Below, piece by piece: positions 28,539-38,700 of a stretch of DNA of 64,000 nucleotides (within the stretch, counting starts at the first letter, position 1; each line of letters starts with the position of its first letter). The notes below the pieces were generated by a model, which saw only the letters and a program-made list of their open reading frames with translations, did no database searches and had not been told where the DNA came from. The stretch is from a virus, in the IMG/VR virus record IMGVR_UViG_3300024348_000023, positions 8,169 to 72,168 of that record; one strand, written 5' to 3'. Made by a program: the position numbers and the translations under genes.

Positions 28539-29894
28539 ATGAATATTGAAAAGTCTTTGTGGTCCAGTCATGGCGACAACATCAGTCTATCGGTTCCCTT
28601 TACTAAGGTTAACCGTGAAAAAAGAACGGTGTCTGGATTTGCCACATTAGATAACGTTGACCAAACAGGTGACGTTGTTACAGCAGAAGCAAGCATGAAA
28701 GCTTTTGAAAATTTCAGAGGGAACCTTCGTGAGATGCATAATTCTGTTGCTGTTGGAAAAGTTGTTTCTTTTAAACCAGAAACTTATTATGATCCAACTA
28801 CAAAAAAGTTTTATAATGGCGTTTATGTAGATGCTTATATTTCAAAGGGTGCACAAGATACATGGGAAAAGGTTCTTGACGGAACTCTTTCAGGTTTTTC
28901 AATTGGCGGAAAGATTAATGATTCAGATAAAGAAGTTAATAAGTCAAACGGTCAAACAGTAAGATTTATTAAGGATTACGATCTAATTGAACTTTCTATT
29001 GTTGATTCACCAGCAAACGAACTATGCAATATCATTTCTATTCAAAAAGTAAATGGTGCATTGATGTTTAAAGGAATTGCAACTGAAGTTACAACTGAAA
29101 ATATTTTTTATTGTGAAGATAGTAATTCTGTTTTTATCTCAACAGAAAAAACATATGACTCACCAGTATCTGGAAAGCCAGCTCAACTAATTGGTTGGGT
29201 TGAAAGTTCAGATATTAATAAGTCAAAAGAGATTGATAAGATTCTTGATGCATATAAGCACTCAAGATTTACGTTGCCTGATACACAAATAGCAAAACAG
29301 GCAAACGCAGAAGGAGGTAATGAAGTGTCAGAAAATACAGAAAACGTAGTTGTCGAAGATGCAGCAGTCGAAGCAGCAGCTGAAGCAGTAGCACCAGAAG
29401 CAACCGTAGAAGAGACAGCAGTAGTTGCAGATGATGCAGCACCTGCAGTCGAAGATGCTCCTGCAGAAGAAGCAGCAGCAGAAGACACAACTGCCGAGAC
29501 TCTGGAAAAAGCAGCCGACGTATCAGAAGATAAGGTTGATGAACCTGATTTTGCAAAGATGTTAGGCGATCTAAAAGGCTTTTTTTCAGAAACTCTAAAC
29601 AAGGCATCAGAAGTTAATGCAGCACAAGTAACAACAATCCAAGAGACTGTTGAAGCTTTTAGCAAGAGCGTAGATGCTAGAATTTCAGAGTTGGCAGAAC
29701 AACACACAGTGCTTTCAAGCGCTGTAAAAGATATCAAGAGCACGATTGATGGTGTACAAAAGCGTGTCGATGCAGTAGAGTCCGAGACTGCAATTAAGAA
29801 GTCTTCTGATCTTGGCCGATCAGAGGAAGTAACAATCAAGAAATCTAAATGGAACGGTTCTTTCCTCGGTTCCGTGAACGAAATATTTAACTAA
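28539..29894 (+). CDS. Prohead protease (HK97-like) fused to a scaffold domain
   Basis: V.GFA...VD..GD, REMH, GFSIGG and ELS.VD.PAN, then an acidic Ala/Glu-rich and coiled-coil C-terminus. Confidence 0.9.
   Translation: MNIEKSLWSSHGDNISLSVPFTKVNREKRTVSGFATLDNVDQTGDVVTAEASMKAFENFRGNLREMHNSVAVGKVVSFKPETYYDPTTKKFYNGVYVDAYISKGAQDTWEKVLDGTLSGFSIGGKINDSDKEVNKSNGQTVRFIKDYDLIELSIVDSPANELCNIISIQKVNGALMFKGIATEVTTENIFYCEDSNSVFISTEKTYDSPVSGKPAQLIGWVESSDINKSKEIDKILDAYKHSRFTLPDTQIAKQANAEGGNEVSENTENVVVEDAAVEAAAEAVAPEATVEETAVVADDAAPAVEDAPAEEAAAEDTTAETLEKAADVSEDKVDEPDFAKMLGDLKGFFSETLNKASEVNAAQVTTIQETVEAFSKSVDARISELAEQHTVLSSAVKDIKSTIDGVQKRVDAVESETAIKKSSDLGRSEEVTIKKSKWNGSFLGSVNEIFN
29325..29894 (+). CDS. Nested scaffolding protein (internal in-frame start)
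   Basis: AAGGAGGT at 29311-29318, 6 nt before an in-frame GTG at 29325. Confidence 0.65.
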   Translation: MSENTENVVVEDAAVEAAAEAVAPEATVEETAVVADDAAPAVEDAPAEEAAAEDTTAETLEKAADVSEDKVDEPDFAKMLGDLKGFFSETLNKASEVNAAQVTTIQETVEAFSKSVDARISELAEQHTVLSSAVKDIKSTIDGVQKRVDAVESETAIKKSSDLGRSEEVTIKKSKWNGSFLGSVNEIFN

Positions 29895-29909
29895 GGTAGG
29901 TAAAATAAT

Positions 29910-30959
29910 ATGAGCAATGAACTATTAGAAAAAGCAGCCGCAGCTGGTGCAACAGTATCAACTGGATTTGGCTCAACAACTGGTGGAACAGGAGTACACA
30001 GAGCTTCCGAAAACGGAAACGGTGGACTACTTAACCCAGAACAATCTGCTCGCTTCCTAGACTATATGTTCGACGCAACCGTAATCGGTAAGGTTGCCCG
30101 CACAGTTAGACTTAAGGCAGACACAGCAGAGATTGACCGCATGTCAATTGGCGAGAAGCTTATGCGCCTCGCATCAGAAGGAGAAAACACTGGTGAAAAC
30201 AGTGCAGTAACTTTCTCAAAGATCTCTTTGACAACAAAGAAGCTTCGTATGGACTGGGAGCTTTCAACAGAGTCTCTAGAAGACAACATTGAAGGTGCAG
30301 ACCTTGAAGATCACATTGCCCGCTTGATGGCAACACAAGCAGGAAATGACATCGAAGATGTTATCCTTAACGGAAACACAGCTCTAACAGGAGATGCTCT
30401 TTACAAGTCATTTGATGGCGTTGTAAAGAAGGCAAAGGCATCAGGACGTGTCGTAGACGCAAACGGTGCTGGAGTTTCTCGTGAAGTATTCAACAAGGCA
30501 CTTAAGGCTATGCCACGTAAGTACAAGCAGCGTCGTGGAGACCTTCGCTTCCTTGCTGGATCAAACTTGATTCAAGACTTCCTATATGCTAACAGCATTG
30601 GAACAAATCAGACAATTCCACAAGATATCGCTTCAAGCGTTATCCGTGGAGGAGTTGCACCACTAGGTGGACCTGCAGGATATGTGGCACCATTCGCATT
30701 TGGTATTCCAATTGTTGAAGTTCCACTTCTTCCAGAGACACAAGCTGGAGATTACTCAGGACAAACTGGTTCACACGGAGATATCCACTTGACATTCCCA
30801 AATAACGTAGTTATTGGTATCAAGCGTGATGTAACTGTTTACCGTTTCTTCTGGCCACGTAAGGACTCAATCGAGTACACAATGTACACACGTGTTGGCG
30901 TCCAGATCGAACAAGCTGATGCTTGGGTAGTCGTAAAGAACGTTAAGGTTGCTTCTTAA
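29910..30959 (+). CDS. Major capsid protein (HK97 fold)
   Basis: GGLLNPEQ..F, ELS.E.LEDNIEG, D.E...LNG and FDG..K; strongly biased codons; terminator follows. Confidence 0.9.
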   Translation: MSNELLEKAAAAGATVSTGFGSTTGGTGVHRASENGNGGLLNPEQSARFLDYMFDATVIGKVARTVRLKADTAEIDRMSIGEKLMRLASEGENTGENSAVTFSKISLTTKKLRMDWELSTESLEDNIEGADLEDHIARLMATQAGNDIEDVILNGNTALTGDALYKSFDGVVKKAKASGRVVDANGAGVSREVFNKALKAMPRKYKQRRGDLRFLAGSNLIQDFLYANSIGTNQTIPQDIASSVIRGGVAPLGGPAGYVAPFAFGIPIVEVPLLPETQAGDYSGQTGSHGDIHLTFPNNVVIGIKRDVTVYRFFWPRKDSIEYTMYTRVGVQIEQADAWVVVKNVKVAS

Positions 30960-30975
30960 TTAGAATTAACCCTAG

Positions 30976-31005
30976 AAAGGCCCCCAATTAATTTTGGGGG
31001 CTTTT
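30976..31005 (+). terminator. Intrinsic terminator after the major capsid gene
   Basis: AAAGGCCCCCAA-ttaatt-TTGGGGGCTTTT. Confidence 0.85.
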
Positions 31006-31021
31006 CATTTTAATTTAACAA

Positions 31022-31030
31022 TGCTATAAT
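31022..31030 (+). promoter_or_regulatory. Extended -10 promoter
   Basis: TGCTATAAT. Confidence 0.65.
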
Positions 31031-31055
31031 TGAAGAACCTAACAAAGGAGAATAT

Positions 31056-31463
31056 ATGTCATTTGAGACATTAAAAGTTGCAGAACTCAGAAAAATTGCA
31101 GAGGACTTTGCAGTTGATACTGATGGAATTAAGAACAAGGCAGACGTTATTGCCGCACTTGCCGAAGAGGGCGTAACATGGTCTGTATATCAAAAGACAA
31201 TTAAAGATGTTGAAGAGGCGGCTGAAGAGTTTGCTGAAACAGAAGAAATCCTTCCTAGATTTGATCCAAAGTCAGATAAGCCAGAGGACACAGTTCTAGT
31301 TAGAATGACTAGAGAAAATTATAGATACGATATAGTTGGATACACTTTTACAAAGGAGCACCCTTTTGTTGCAATGACAGAAGAAGATGCTCAGAAAATT
31401 TTTGACAAGGAGGAAGGTTTCCGCATAGCAACCCCTAAAGAAGTTCAGGATTACTACGCTTAA
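31056..31463 (+). CDS. Rho-N/HeH-like domain protein
   Basis: LKVAELRKIA......KADVIAAL; the position after the major capsid gene is typical. Confidence 0.65.
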   Translation: MSFETLKVAELRKIAEDFAVDTDGIKNKADVIAALAEEGVTWSVYQKTIKDVEEAAEEFAETEEILPRFDPKSDKPEDTVLVRMTRENYRYDIVGYTFTKEHPFVAMTEEDAQKIFDKEEGFRIATPKEVQDYYA

Positions 31464-31473
31464 CCTTTATTAA

Positions 31474-32454
31474 ATGGAGATATTAGTAGGTACAAACTCA
31501 CCAGTAAAGCACAAGGTTTATTGGAAGGGCTCTCCAAGAGATGCTGATAGTCTTCCTGTTGTTAGAGTTTATGACATAACGGAAGACCCAGCAATAACTC
31601 CTGCTATAAATCCAGGAACACTTCTTACAACATTAACTCCAACAAAAATGGAAACAGATATTGGTGTTTATGAGGTGTATCCACCACACTCACTAACAGA
31701 TAGAAATAAACAGTTAAAGCTTGTTTGGCAATATAGCGTAGATGGAACTACTATTACAAAAGAGCATAAGCTTTTTGTTGTAACTCCTTATGTTGATATT
31801 ACTCAAGCAGGAGATGTCTTAAAGTTGGGGTCGGATCCTTCTGACCCAAACTACAAGTCTTATTTTGAAATTGCAGAAGCTGAAAGATATGCAAGAAAGA
31901 TAATTGAAAATTATACTGGACAAACATTTAGTCTCTACGACGATGTCCATACCGTATACGGTGCAGGAGCAGATGTATTGCCTTTGCCATTTAAGCTTGC
32001 AGATTTACATGAGCTTTATCAAAATGACGTGTTGCTAGTTGACACTATTAACAATGTAAATAACTGGAACTACAGCACTATTATTTCTGAAAGCGGTTTT
32101 GGGCTAAGAATTAATCGTGTAGATATGATTGACAACACAGTCTATGTGGCAAATGGTATGATTCCTCCATCTATAAATGACATGGGTAACGGAGCATTTG
32201 CAAAAGATAGCGTATATCGTGTTGCAGGTAGATACGGTTGGGATCAAGTTCCAGATGAAGTTGAGCTTGCAGCAATTGAGCTTATGAAAGATTATTTCTC
32301 AAAGGATAAGGTCTGGAGAGACAAGTATATGAAGAGCATATCAACATTTGACTGGAAGTTTGAATATAATTCTGAGACATACAGGGGCACTGGAAACGTT
32401 TATGTTGACCAAATTCTATTGCCTTATGTAATCAATCAGATGGTAGTTATCTAA
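31474..32454 (+). CDS. Head-tail connector/adaptor
   Basis: AR.IIE.YTGQ.F, G.YGW..VP..V..AA..L and TG...VD..L..Y. Confidence 0.75.
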   Translation: MEILVGTNSPVKHKVYWKGSPRDADSLPVVRVYDITEDPAITPAINPGTLLTTLTPTKMETDIGVYEVYPPHSLTDRNKQLKLVWQYSVDGTTITKEHKLFVVTPYVDITQAGDVLKLGSDPSDPNYKSYFEIAEAERYARKIIENYTGQTFSLYDDVHTVYGAGADVLPLPFKLADLHELYQNDVLLVDTINNVNNWNYSTIISESGFGLRINRVDMIDNTVYVANGMIPPSINDMGNGAFAKDSVYRVAGRYGWDQVPDEVELAAIELMKDYFSKDKVWRDKYMKSISTFDWKFEYNSETYRGTGNVYVDQILLPYVINQMVVI

Positions 32455-32882
32455 TGTTTAATATTATAGATTCAGTATTAAGCATGAAGATGGATGTTTA
32501 CAAGCAAGTAGACTACCAAGACTCAAATACTGGTGCTCTTAAAAGAGAGTGGCAATATGACAGAAGTATGGCATGTCATGCAAAAGGCGTCATATCAAAC
32601 TCTGCTTCAACAAGAACTGGTGATAAGCAGGTCTTAAGTAATAGATATACAAATGATCAGATTCTTCAAATTAGAACAACAGAAAAAGTAAGCCTTCGTG
32701 AAAAGATTACAAACATACTTGGCTCAGATGGCACAAGCATCTGGGTAGAGGCAAACTTTCCAACAGACACCCCAACAGTTTTTGAGGTTATGGGATCAAC
32801 ACCAATGACAGATCCTTTCGGAACTGTTGTTGGCTACAATACTACTGTGAAAAGATCGGAAAATCAAACAATTGGATACTAG
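32454..32882 (+). CDS. Head closure (stopper) protein
   Basis: Synteny and size. Confidence 0.55.
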   Translation: MFNIIDSVLSMKMDVYKQVDYQDSNTGALKREWQYDRSMACHAKGVISNSASTRTGDKQVLSNRYTNDQILQIRTTEKVSLREKITNILGSDGTSIWVEANFPTDTPTVFEVMGSTPMTDPFGTVVGYNTTVKRSENQTIGY

Positions 32883-33666
32883 TGCCGTATTAGTAAAAGC
32901 AGCCAGTGGTTTACAGAAAACCATGGGTGGAACTAAGGGCACAATTTTACAAGATAGCACAGTAGCTCAAATATCTGCAGCTATATATTATCAAGCATCT
33001 GTTGTTTCAAAGATAATAACTAATAAACAATTTCAGTCAAAATTTCAAAGCATTTTGTTTTCACAGATTAAAAAAGATTTTGGAAACTATGTAGACTCTC
33101 AAGCTAGAACAAACCCTAAAAGTTTGCATCATGTCTACGAATGGAAAAAGGTTGGAACCCCATCAGCAAGACTATTTGATTTAAAGATAGCTGGAACAGA
33201 GGGACTTTCTTTTAAAATTGTTTCTGAATTCAAGCCATCTAAATCAATGGTTCCAACAAACTTTGGTAAAGCAAGACATGTATTTACAAACAAAGCTTCC
33301 GTGATGGAGGCTGGAAATCCAGTAACGATTAGACCTAAAAATGCAGAAAGACTTGTTTTTGAAATGGATGGCGTTGTTATTAGAATGCCTAAAGGTATGC
33401 CAGTTGTAGTTAAAAGACCAGGCGGCGGAAAAGCTACTGGAAGATATAAGATAGAGTACGCTAGATTCTTTACTGGTAATCTTGTAAACCTATCAATCAA
33501 AAATTCAAAGTTTCAGCAAATATTTAATTCATCTGTAAGCAAGGCAATAAAATTGCCAGCAGATATTAAAAAGGTTAAATATTCTTTTTCACCAAATACA
33601 GTCAACATGCAGGCTGAGACAGCCCTTGCACTAGCTTTTGGAGGCTCAAATGACAACGGATTATAA
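32872..33666 (+). CDS. Neck/tail completion protein
   Basis: Synteny; basic composition; I.PK....L.F motif. Confidence 0.5.
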   Translation: MDTSAVLVKAASGLQKTMGGTKGTILQDSTVAQISAAIYYQASVVSKIITNKQFQSKFQSILFSQIKKDFGNYVDSQARTNPKSLHHVYEWKKVGTPSARLFDLKIAGTEGLSFKIVSEFKPSKSMVPTNFGKARHVFTNKASVMEAGNPVTIRPKNAERLVFEMDGVVIRMPKGMPVVVKRPGGGKATGRYKIEYARFFTGNLVNLSIKNSKFQQIFNSSVSKAIKLPADIKKVKYSFSPNTVNMQAETALALAFGGSNDNGL

Positions 33667-34162
33667 TTATGATGTAATGCTAGATCTTCGTAAGCATTTA
33701 TGGAGTCAGCTTAAGTCTAATGACCTATTTGAGGCATCAGATTACTATAGCGATAATCTGGGCGAAGAGCTTATTCCAATTATTCCAGTTCAACAGCAAC
33801 CAGAAATGAATCAGTTTTTGAGCGGAAAAAAGCATATAGTATACGATAAGATAGGCATGTCTTACGAGGATAACTGGGTCATATGCTGTGAACAAATCCT
33901 ATTTACCATATATTCAACAGATATATCTGAGATCAACCAAATTAGAAACCTAATGACAGATCTATATAGAAGAATGGATGAGTCTGCAAGGGATGCTAAT
34001 CGGTATAGCGGAATATCTCAAAAGTTTAAATTTTACAGCATATTTGTAGCAGACATATCCCCTACGGCCCCTTCAGAGGAGCTAGCAGGCTTTTTATCAG
34101 CAGATGTAATACTTGAAGTAAAGTATGCAAGGCACGTAGGCACAGACGGCAGATTCCTATAG
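33650..34162 (+). CDS. Tail terminator-like protein
   Basis: SD GGAGG before ATG 33650; directly precedes the tail tube gene. Confidence 0.55.
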   Translation: MTTDYNYDVMLDLRKHLWSQLKSNDLFEASDYYSDNLGEELIPIIPVQQQPEMNQFLSGKKHIVYDKIGMSYEDNWVICCEQILFTIYSTDISEINQIRNLMTDLYRRMDESARDANRYSGISQKFKFYSIFVADISPTAPSEELAGFLSADVILEVKYARHVGTDGRFL

Positions 34163-34163
34163 T

Positions 34164-34192
34164 TTGCCTTTTGGGGCATTATACACTAAAAT
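34164..34192 (+). promoter_or_regulatory. Promoter of the major tail gene
   Basis: TTGCCT-N17-TAAAAT, with the same boxes as the promoter at 28503. Confidence 0.65.
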
Positions 34193-34279
34193 TGGATATA
34201 GAGGAAAGGGCCTAGCCAGCCACGATTTCAAAAAAGTTTAACAATATATATATATTTTTAAAACAGGAGGTAAGACACA

Positions 34280-34966
34280 ATGGCATTTAACTCAGCCAAA
34301 AATATTCTTGTGGGAGCTTCACCGCTTTACATCTCGAATTCAGATTCATCAGTAACAGGTTATGTTGAAAACCAAGAGCCAGGTGTTGCAAAGGTTGCAA
34401 CAGCTGGAAAGAAAGACGGAGTACCAGCATATTCATCATCTGCTTCATACCGTACAACTCTTGATGCAGCACAAACTACAGCAGATAATGCTTACCGTAA
34501 CGTAGGTTATACAAACAATGGTCTTCAGATCACTTATAACCCAACTTACGATTCAGTAACTGTTGACCAGTTGCTTGATACAGCAAAGCTTTTCAAGTCT
34601 GCGATGGAAGTTATGATCGCAACAGAAATGGCAGAAGGAACACTAGAGAACGTTCTAGTTGTTTTCGGACAAGGACAATCAACTCTTACAAATTCAGGTA
34701 AGACACTTGGATTGGAAGCAGGTGCTCTTGGAGTTGCTCCAACAGAACGTCAGCTAATCGCAATTGGACAAGCTCCAACTGAGACTTCAGCTACAACAGA
34801 GCGTATTTACTATGCACGTCGTGTATTGTCTGTACAACAGACACAATTCTCGCTTGCACGTAATACTCCAACATCATTCCCAGTAACATTCCGTCTGCTA
34901 CCAGACGCAGGTTACACTGGTTCAGAATACGGAAAGATTATTGACCGTACTTGGACAGTAGCTTAA
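34280..34966 (+). CDS. Major tail tube protein
   Basis: NILVGA, VGYT..G......P....V.VDQ, T.MAE.TLEN and FPVTF..LPD; strong SD; followed by a terminator. Confidence 0.85.
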   Translation: MAFNSAKNILVGASPLYISNSDSSVTGYVENQEPGVAKVATAGKKDGVPAYSSSASYRTTLDAAQTTADNAYRNVGYTNNGLQITYNPTYDSVTVDQLLDTAKLFKSAMEVMIATEMAEGTLENVLVVFGQGQSTLTNSGKTLGLEAGALGVAPTERQLIAIGQAPTETSATTERIYYARRVLSVQQTQFSLARNTPTSFPVTFRLLPDAGYTGSEYGKIIDRTWTVA

Positions 34967-34979
34967 TTAAATTTAAGTA

Positions 34980-35009
34980 AATAAAGCCCCCAGAAATGGG
35001 GGCTTTATT
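34980..35009 (+). terminator. Intrinsic terminator, possibly bidirectional
   Basis: AATAAAGCCCCCA-GAAA-TGGGGGCTTTATT. Confidence 0.85.
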
Positions 35010-35010
35010 G

Positions 35011-35039
35011 TTGTACTGTTAACTGCAATATGTTATAAT
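35011..35039 (+). promoter_or_regulatory. Promoter for the tail chaperone and tape measure genes
   Basis: TTGTAC-N17-TATAAT with a TG extension. Confidence 0.65.
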
Positions 35040-35066
35040 AATTAAGACGATCCTAGGAGGATTAAA

Positions 35067-35399
35067 TTGGCAACTACAGTATATAGTGTAGAAGAAATTA
35101 CACTACAAGATGGCTCAACAGCTAAGCTAAAGCCCCTAAGCATTAAAGAGCTTAGAGAGTTTATGAAGGCACTACAAGGTGCAGCAGATTCAACATCAGA
35201 AACAGAAACACTAAATGTTTTAATTGATGCAGTAGCAGTAGCACTGAAAAAGCAACTACCAGATTTGGTAGCAGATAGAGATGCACTTGAAGATGCACTT
35301 GACGTACCCACAATTAATCGCATCCTTGAGGTATGCGGTGGGATTAAGATGGATGACCCAAACCTACTAGCGGCAGCGGTTCTGGCTGGTCAGAACTAG
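35067..35399 (+). CDS. Tail assembly chaperone (gpG-like)
   Basis: Lies between the tail tube and tape measure genes; SD AGGAGG with a TTG start. Confidence 0.85.
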   Translation: MATTVYSVEEITLQDGSTAKLKPLSIKELREFMKALQGAADSTSETETLNVLIDAVAVALKKQLPDLVADRDALEDALDVPTINRILEVCGGIKMDDPNLLAAAVLAGQN

Positions 35400-35737
35400 A
35401 TCTTGCCGCTTTAGAGGGTGAAGTATTTCTTTTAGGAAACTGGAGGAACTACGAAGAACTAGAAGAAAATCTTTCAATGCCAGAGCTTATTCAAACATTG
35501 AAATCTTTTAAGAAGCAAAAGTCGGAAGACAGAAAATTTGCTGCAGGACTTAAAGGAATAGAACTTAATATAGATGAAGATGAAGAAGAAGTTCCGCAAG
35601 GAAAAACCTTTGAAGATATTCGAAGAAAAGCATTAGGTATTAATGCATCAGGTGATGATATACTTTCATTACAAGGTCCATTAGCATCAGATGCAGGATT
35701 TGGAATCGGAGCTGGTTTAGGTTATTCAAGGGAGTAG
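35067..35737 (+). CDS. Tail assembly chaperone gpGT-like, via -1 frameshift at 35357-35363
   Basis: In-frame C CCA AAC slippery heptamer. The -1 frame is open from there into the 35477..35737 ORF. Confidence 0.8.
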
Positions 35738-35748
35738 TATATAGATAA

Positions 35749-38700
35749 ATGGCTGATGAAAATATTGTAACTAATATAGTTGCCAATGCTGATTTTTCAG
35801 GTCTTATTGCAGATGTCAATAAGGTCACAGCATCACTATCTAAGTTACAAAGCCAGTTAATTGCTTCAGATGCCAAGCTTGCAAATCAAGTTGCGGTAAT
35901 GAACAGATCTTTCTCAGAAAACTTGAGAAGAACTGGACAATTTTCTACACATTTTGTTACACTAACTTCAGATACTGAAAAGTTTGGTAAAAGCCTCGAT
36001 GGTGGGAAGCTTAAGCTAAGAGACTACTTTAGAACTTTTCAAGAGCATACAAAAACTTCAGGCGGAATAATTAGAGATCTCGCTAAGCAGCAGGTAGCTC
36101 TACAAAATGCAATTATACAACCCCTGGGCAAAAATGCCCAGGGGCTTATGCAGTTTAACGTACAGGTTCCACAAGGCCTAGATAACATTAAAAACAAAAC
36201 TGCTATTGCAAGACAAGAACTTCAGATATTAAATAAAGTAGTTCAAGATGGCGGAGTTCAACTGATTAACTGGGGTAAGAATACACAGTGGGCAGGACGC
36301 CAGCTTACAGTTGGTCTTACAGTACCTCTTGCTGCATTTGGTAAAGCGGCAGCAGATGCATTTAGAATGGCTGATGCAGAACTTACAAGATTAACAAAGG
36401 TGTATGGTGGAGTAGCCGCTACATCCGCAACAGAACTTTCTAAAATAAGAAATGAAGTTTCTTCAACCGCAGCGGAGTTGTCAAAGGGTTACGGAGTATC
36501 TTTTAAAGAAACTATTGCGTTAGCAGCAGACATAGCAGCAACTGGAAAAACAGGAAACGAATTGCTTTCTTCTGTTAAAGAAACAAGTAGACTTGCAGTT
36601 CTGGGTGAAGTTGATAGACAAGAGGCGATGAAAGCAACTCTTGCAATTCAAAGTACTTTTAAACAAAATACAGAACAGCTTGCAGAATCAATTAACTTTT
36701 TAAACTCTGTTGAAAACCAAACTTCAACAAGTCTTGCAGATTTAGTAGAAGCTATTCCAAAAGCAGGTCCAGTAATTCAGGGAATGGGTGGAAGCGTTAA
36801 AGATCTTGCTCTGTACTTAACTGCAATGAAAGAAGGCGGAATTAATGCATCAGAAGGCGCTAATGCACTAAAGTCTGCTCTTGCATCTTTAATTAATCCA
36901 ACTAAGGTTGCTAAAGAAAAATTTGCAGAGATGGGTATTGATCTAGGTGGAATCGTTGCACAAAATGCAGGAAATCTAACAGGAACAATACTTGCTCTTC
37001 AATCAGCACTAGATGAGCTGGACCCATTAAAAAAGCAACAAGCAATCGAGCAGTTGTTTGGAAAGTTTCAGTTTGCAAGACTAAATGCTTTGTTTGCTAA
37101 CTTAGGAAAACAAGGAAGCCAGACCCTTCAAGTTATGGATTTAATGAAGACCAGCTCTCAAGATCTTGCAAATGTTGCAGGACGAGAATTAAGTATGGTA
37201 ACAGAGTCTGCATCTGGTAAATACAACAGAGCAATAGAAGGCCTAAAGGCAGATCTTGCGGGTATTGGCGAAGAATTCCTTAAGGTTCAAACATTTTTTA
37301 TAAACGTTGTAGATGGAATTATTGACTTTACAACTAGCTTGCCAAAACCTATTAAGCAAATTTTAACTTTTGCAGGAGGCCTAACAGCAGTTATTGGTCC
37401 AGTTATTATGTTAACTGGTGTGCTTGCAAACTTCTTTGGATATGTAATTAAAGGTGTATCTCACTTTAAAGCATTATTTAAAGGCGGAGAAGGCTGGAAG
37501 ATGCTTACTCCAGAAATCCTTGCTGCTCAAAAAGCAGGAAGCCTTGTGGAGAAAACATTTTATAGCGATGCTGCAGCAGCAACAGTATTAAAAACTGCAA
37601 TAGAAGGACTAGTTGCAGAATTTACTATATTGCAATCAAAGGCTCAATCTGGAGCAATTTCAGTTGCACCAGCACTAAAGGGTATGGTTGCAAATGCAAC
37701 AATGCAAAGAGTTGTAAATCCAGATCACCCATTATTGAGTCCTCAAGATACAAGATCAATGTCACATATGAATCCAGTTGGAAGAATGACTGCGGATCAA
37801 AAAGAAGGACAAACAATATTTGGAGTTGTACCTGGAGCACCTAAAGTAAATCAAGTAATAGGTAACAACCCACAAATTTATGCTAATGCCGATTTGCCAG
37901 ATGTTCCAGGACTAACTAGAATTGGAAAAGCTTCCACTGGAGTTGTTGCTAGCGAAGCAGCTAAGTGGCATGCAATGACTGGTGCTCTTGCAATGCAATC
38001 AGAAGCAGAAATAAAAGCATTAAAGACAGAAGTTTCTAGAACAGGATTAATTACACACGAACTTTCTGCTTCGTATCAAGCTCTTTTACCAGAAATGACA
38101 AAGCTAACACAAAAAGCAGCAGCAGAGTCTGCAGAAATTGTTGCAGAGCTTCAAGCAAGCAAAATAACAGTAGATCAAGCAAGAGCAAAAATTATTGCAT
38201 TAAATGCACAAATAGAAGCAGCAATGGGTGCAGCTGCTACAGATATTGCAGGACAACAGGGTAGATCTATTTCTTTAACTTCGGTTCCATTGTTAAGTCA
38301 ACCAGTTGTAGATAAATCTGGAAAATCTAACATGAAGGAGCTTGCTCGTCCAGGAAGAACAAGAGGTCTTCTTAATCAAATTGCACGAGGACTTGGCGTT
38401 AAAACATTTGGTGCACCATACAGCATAGAAACTACAAGACCAAAGAGATTTGCAACAGGCAATCTAGTTCCTGGAAGCGGAAATTCAGATACAGTTCCAG
38501 CACTCCTAACACCTGGCGAATTTGTTATTAATAAAAAAGCAACAGCCGCAAATCTTCCACTACTTGAAGCAATTAATAACGGTGGTCAGGCAAATGGAAT
38601 GGGAATGGAGTATGGAGGATTCCCAGAAGACAGATATATATCTGCAGAACAATCTAATGTTGTTCTAAGTAAGTTTGGAATTGCAAGCAAGAGTGACAAA

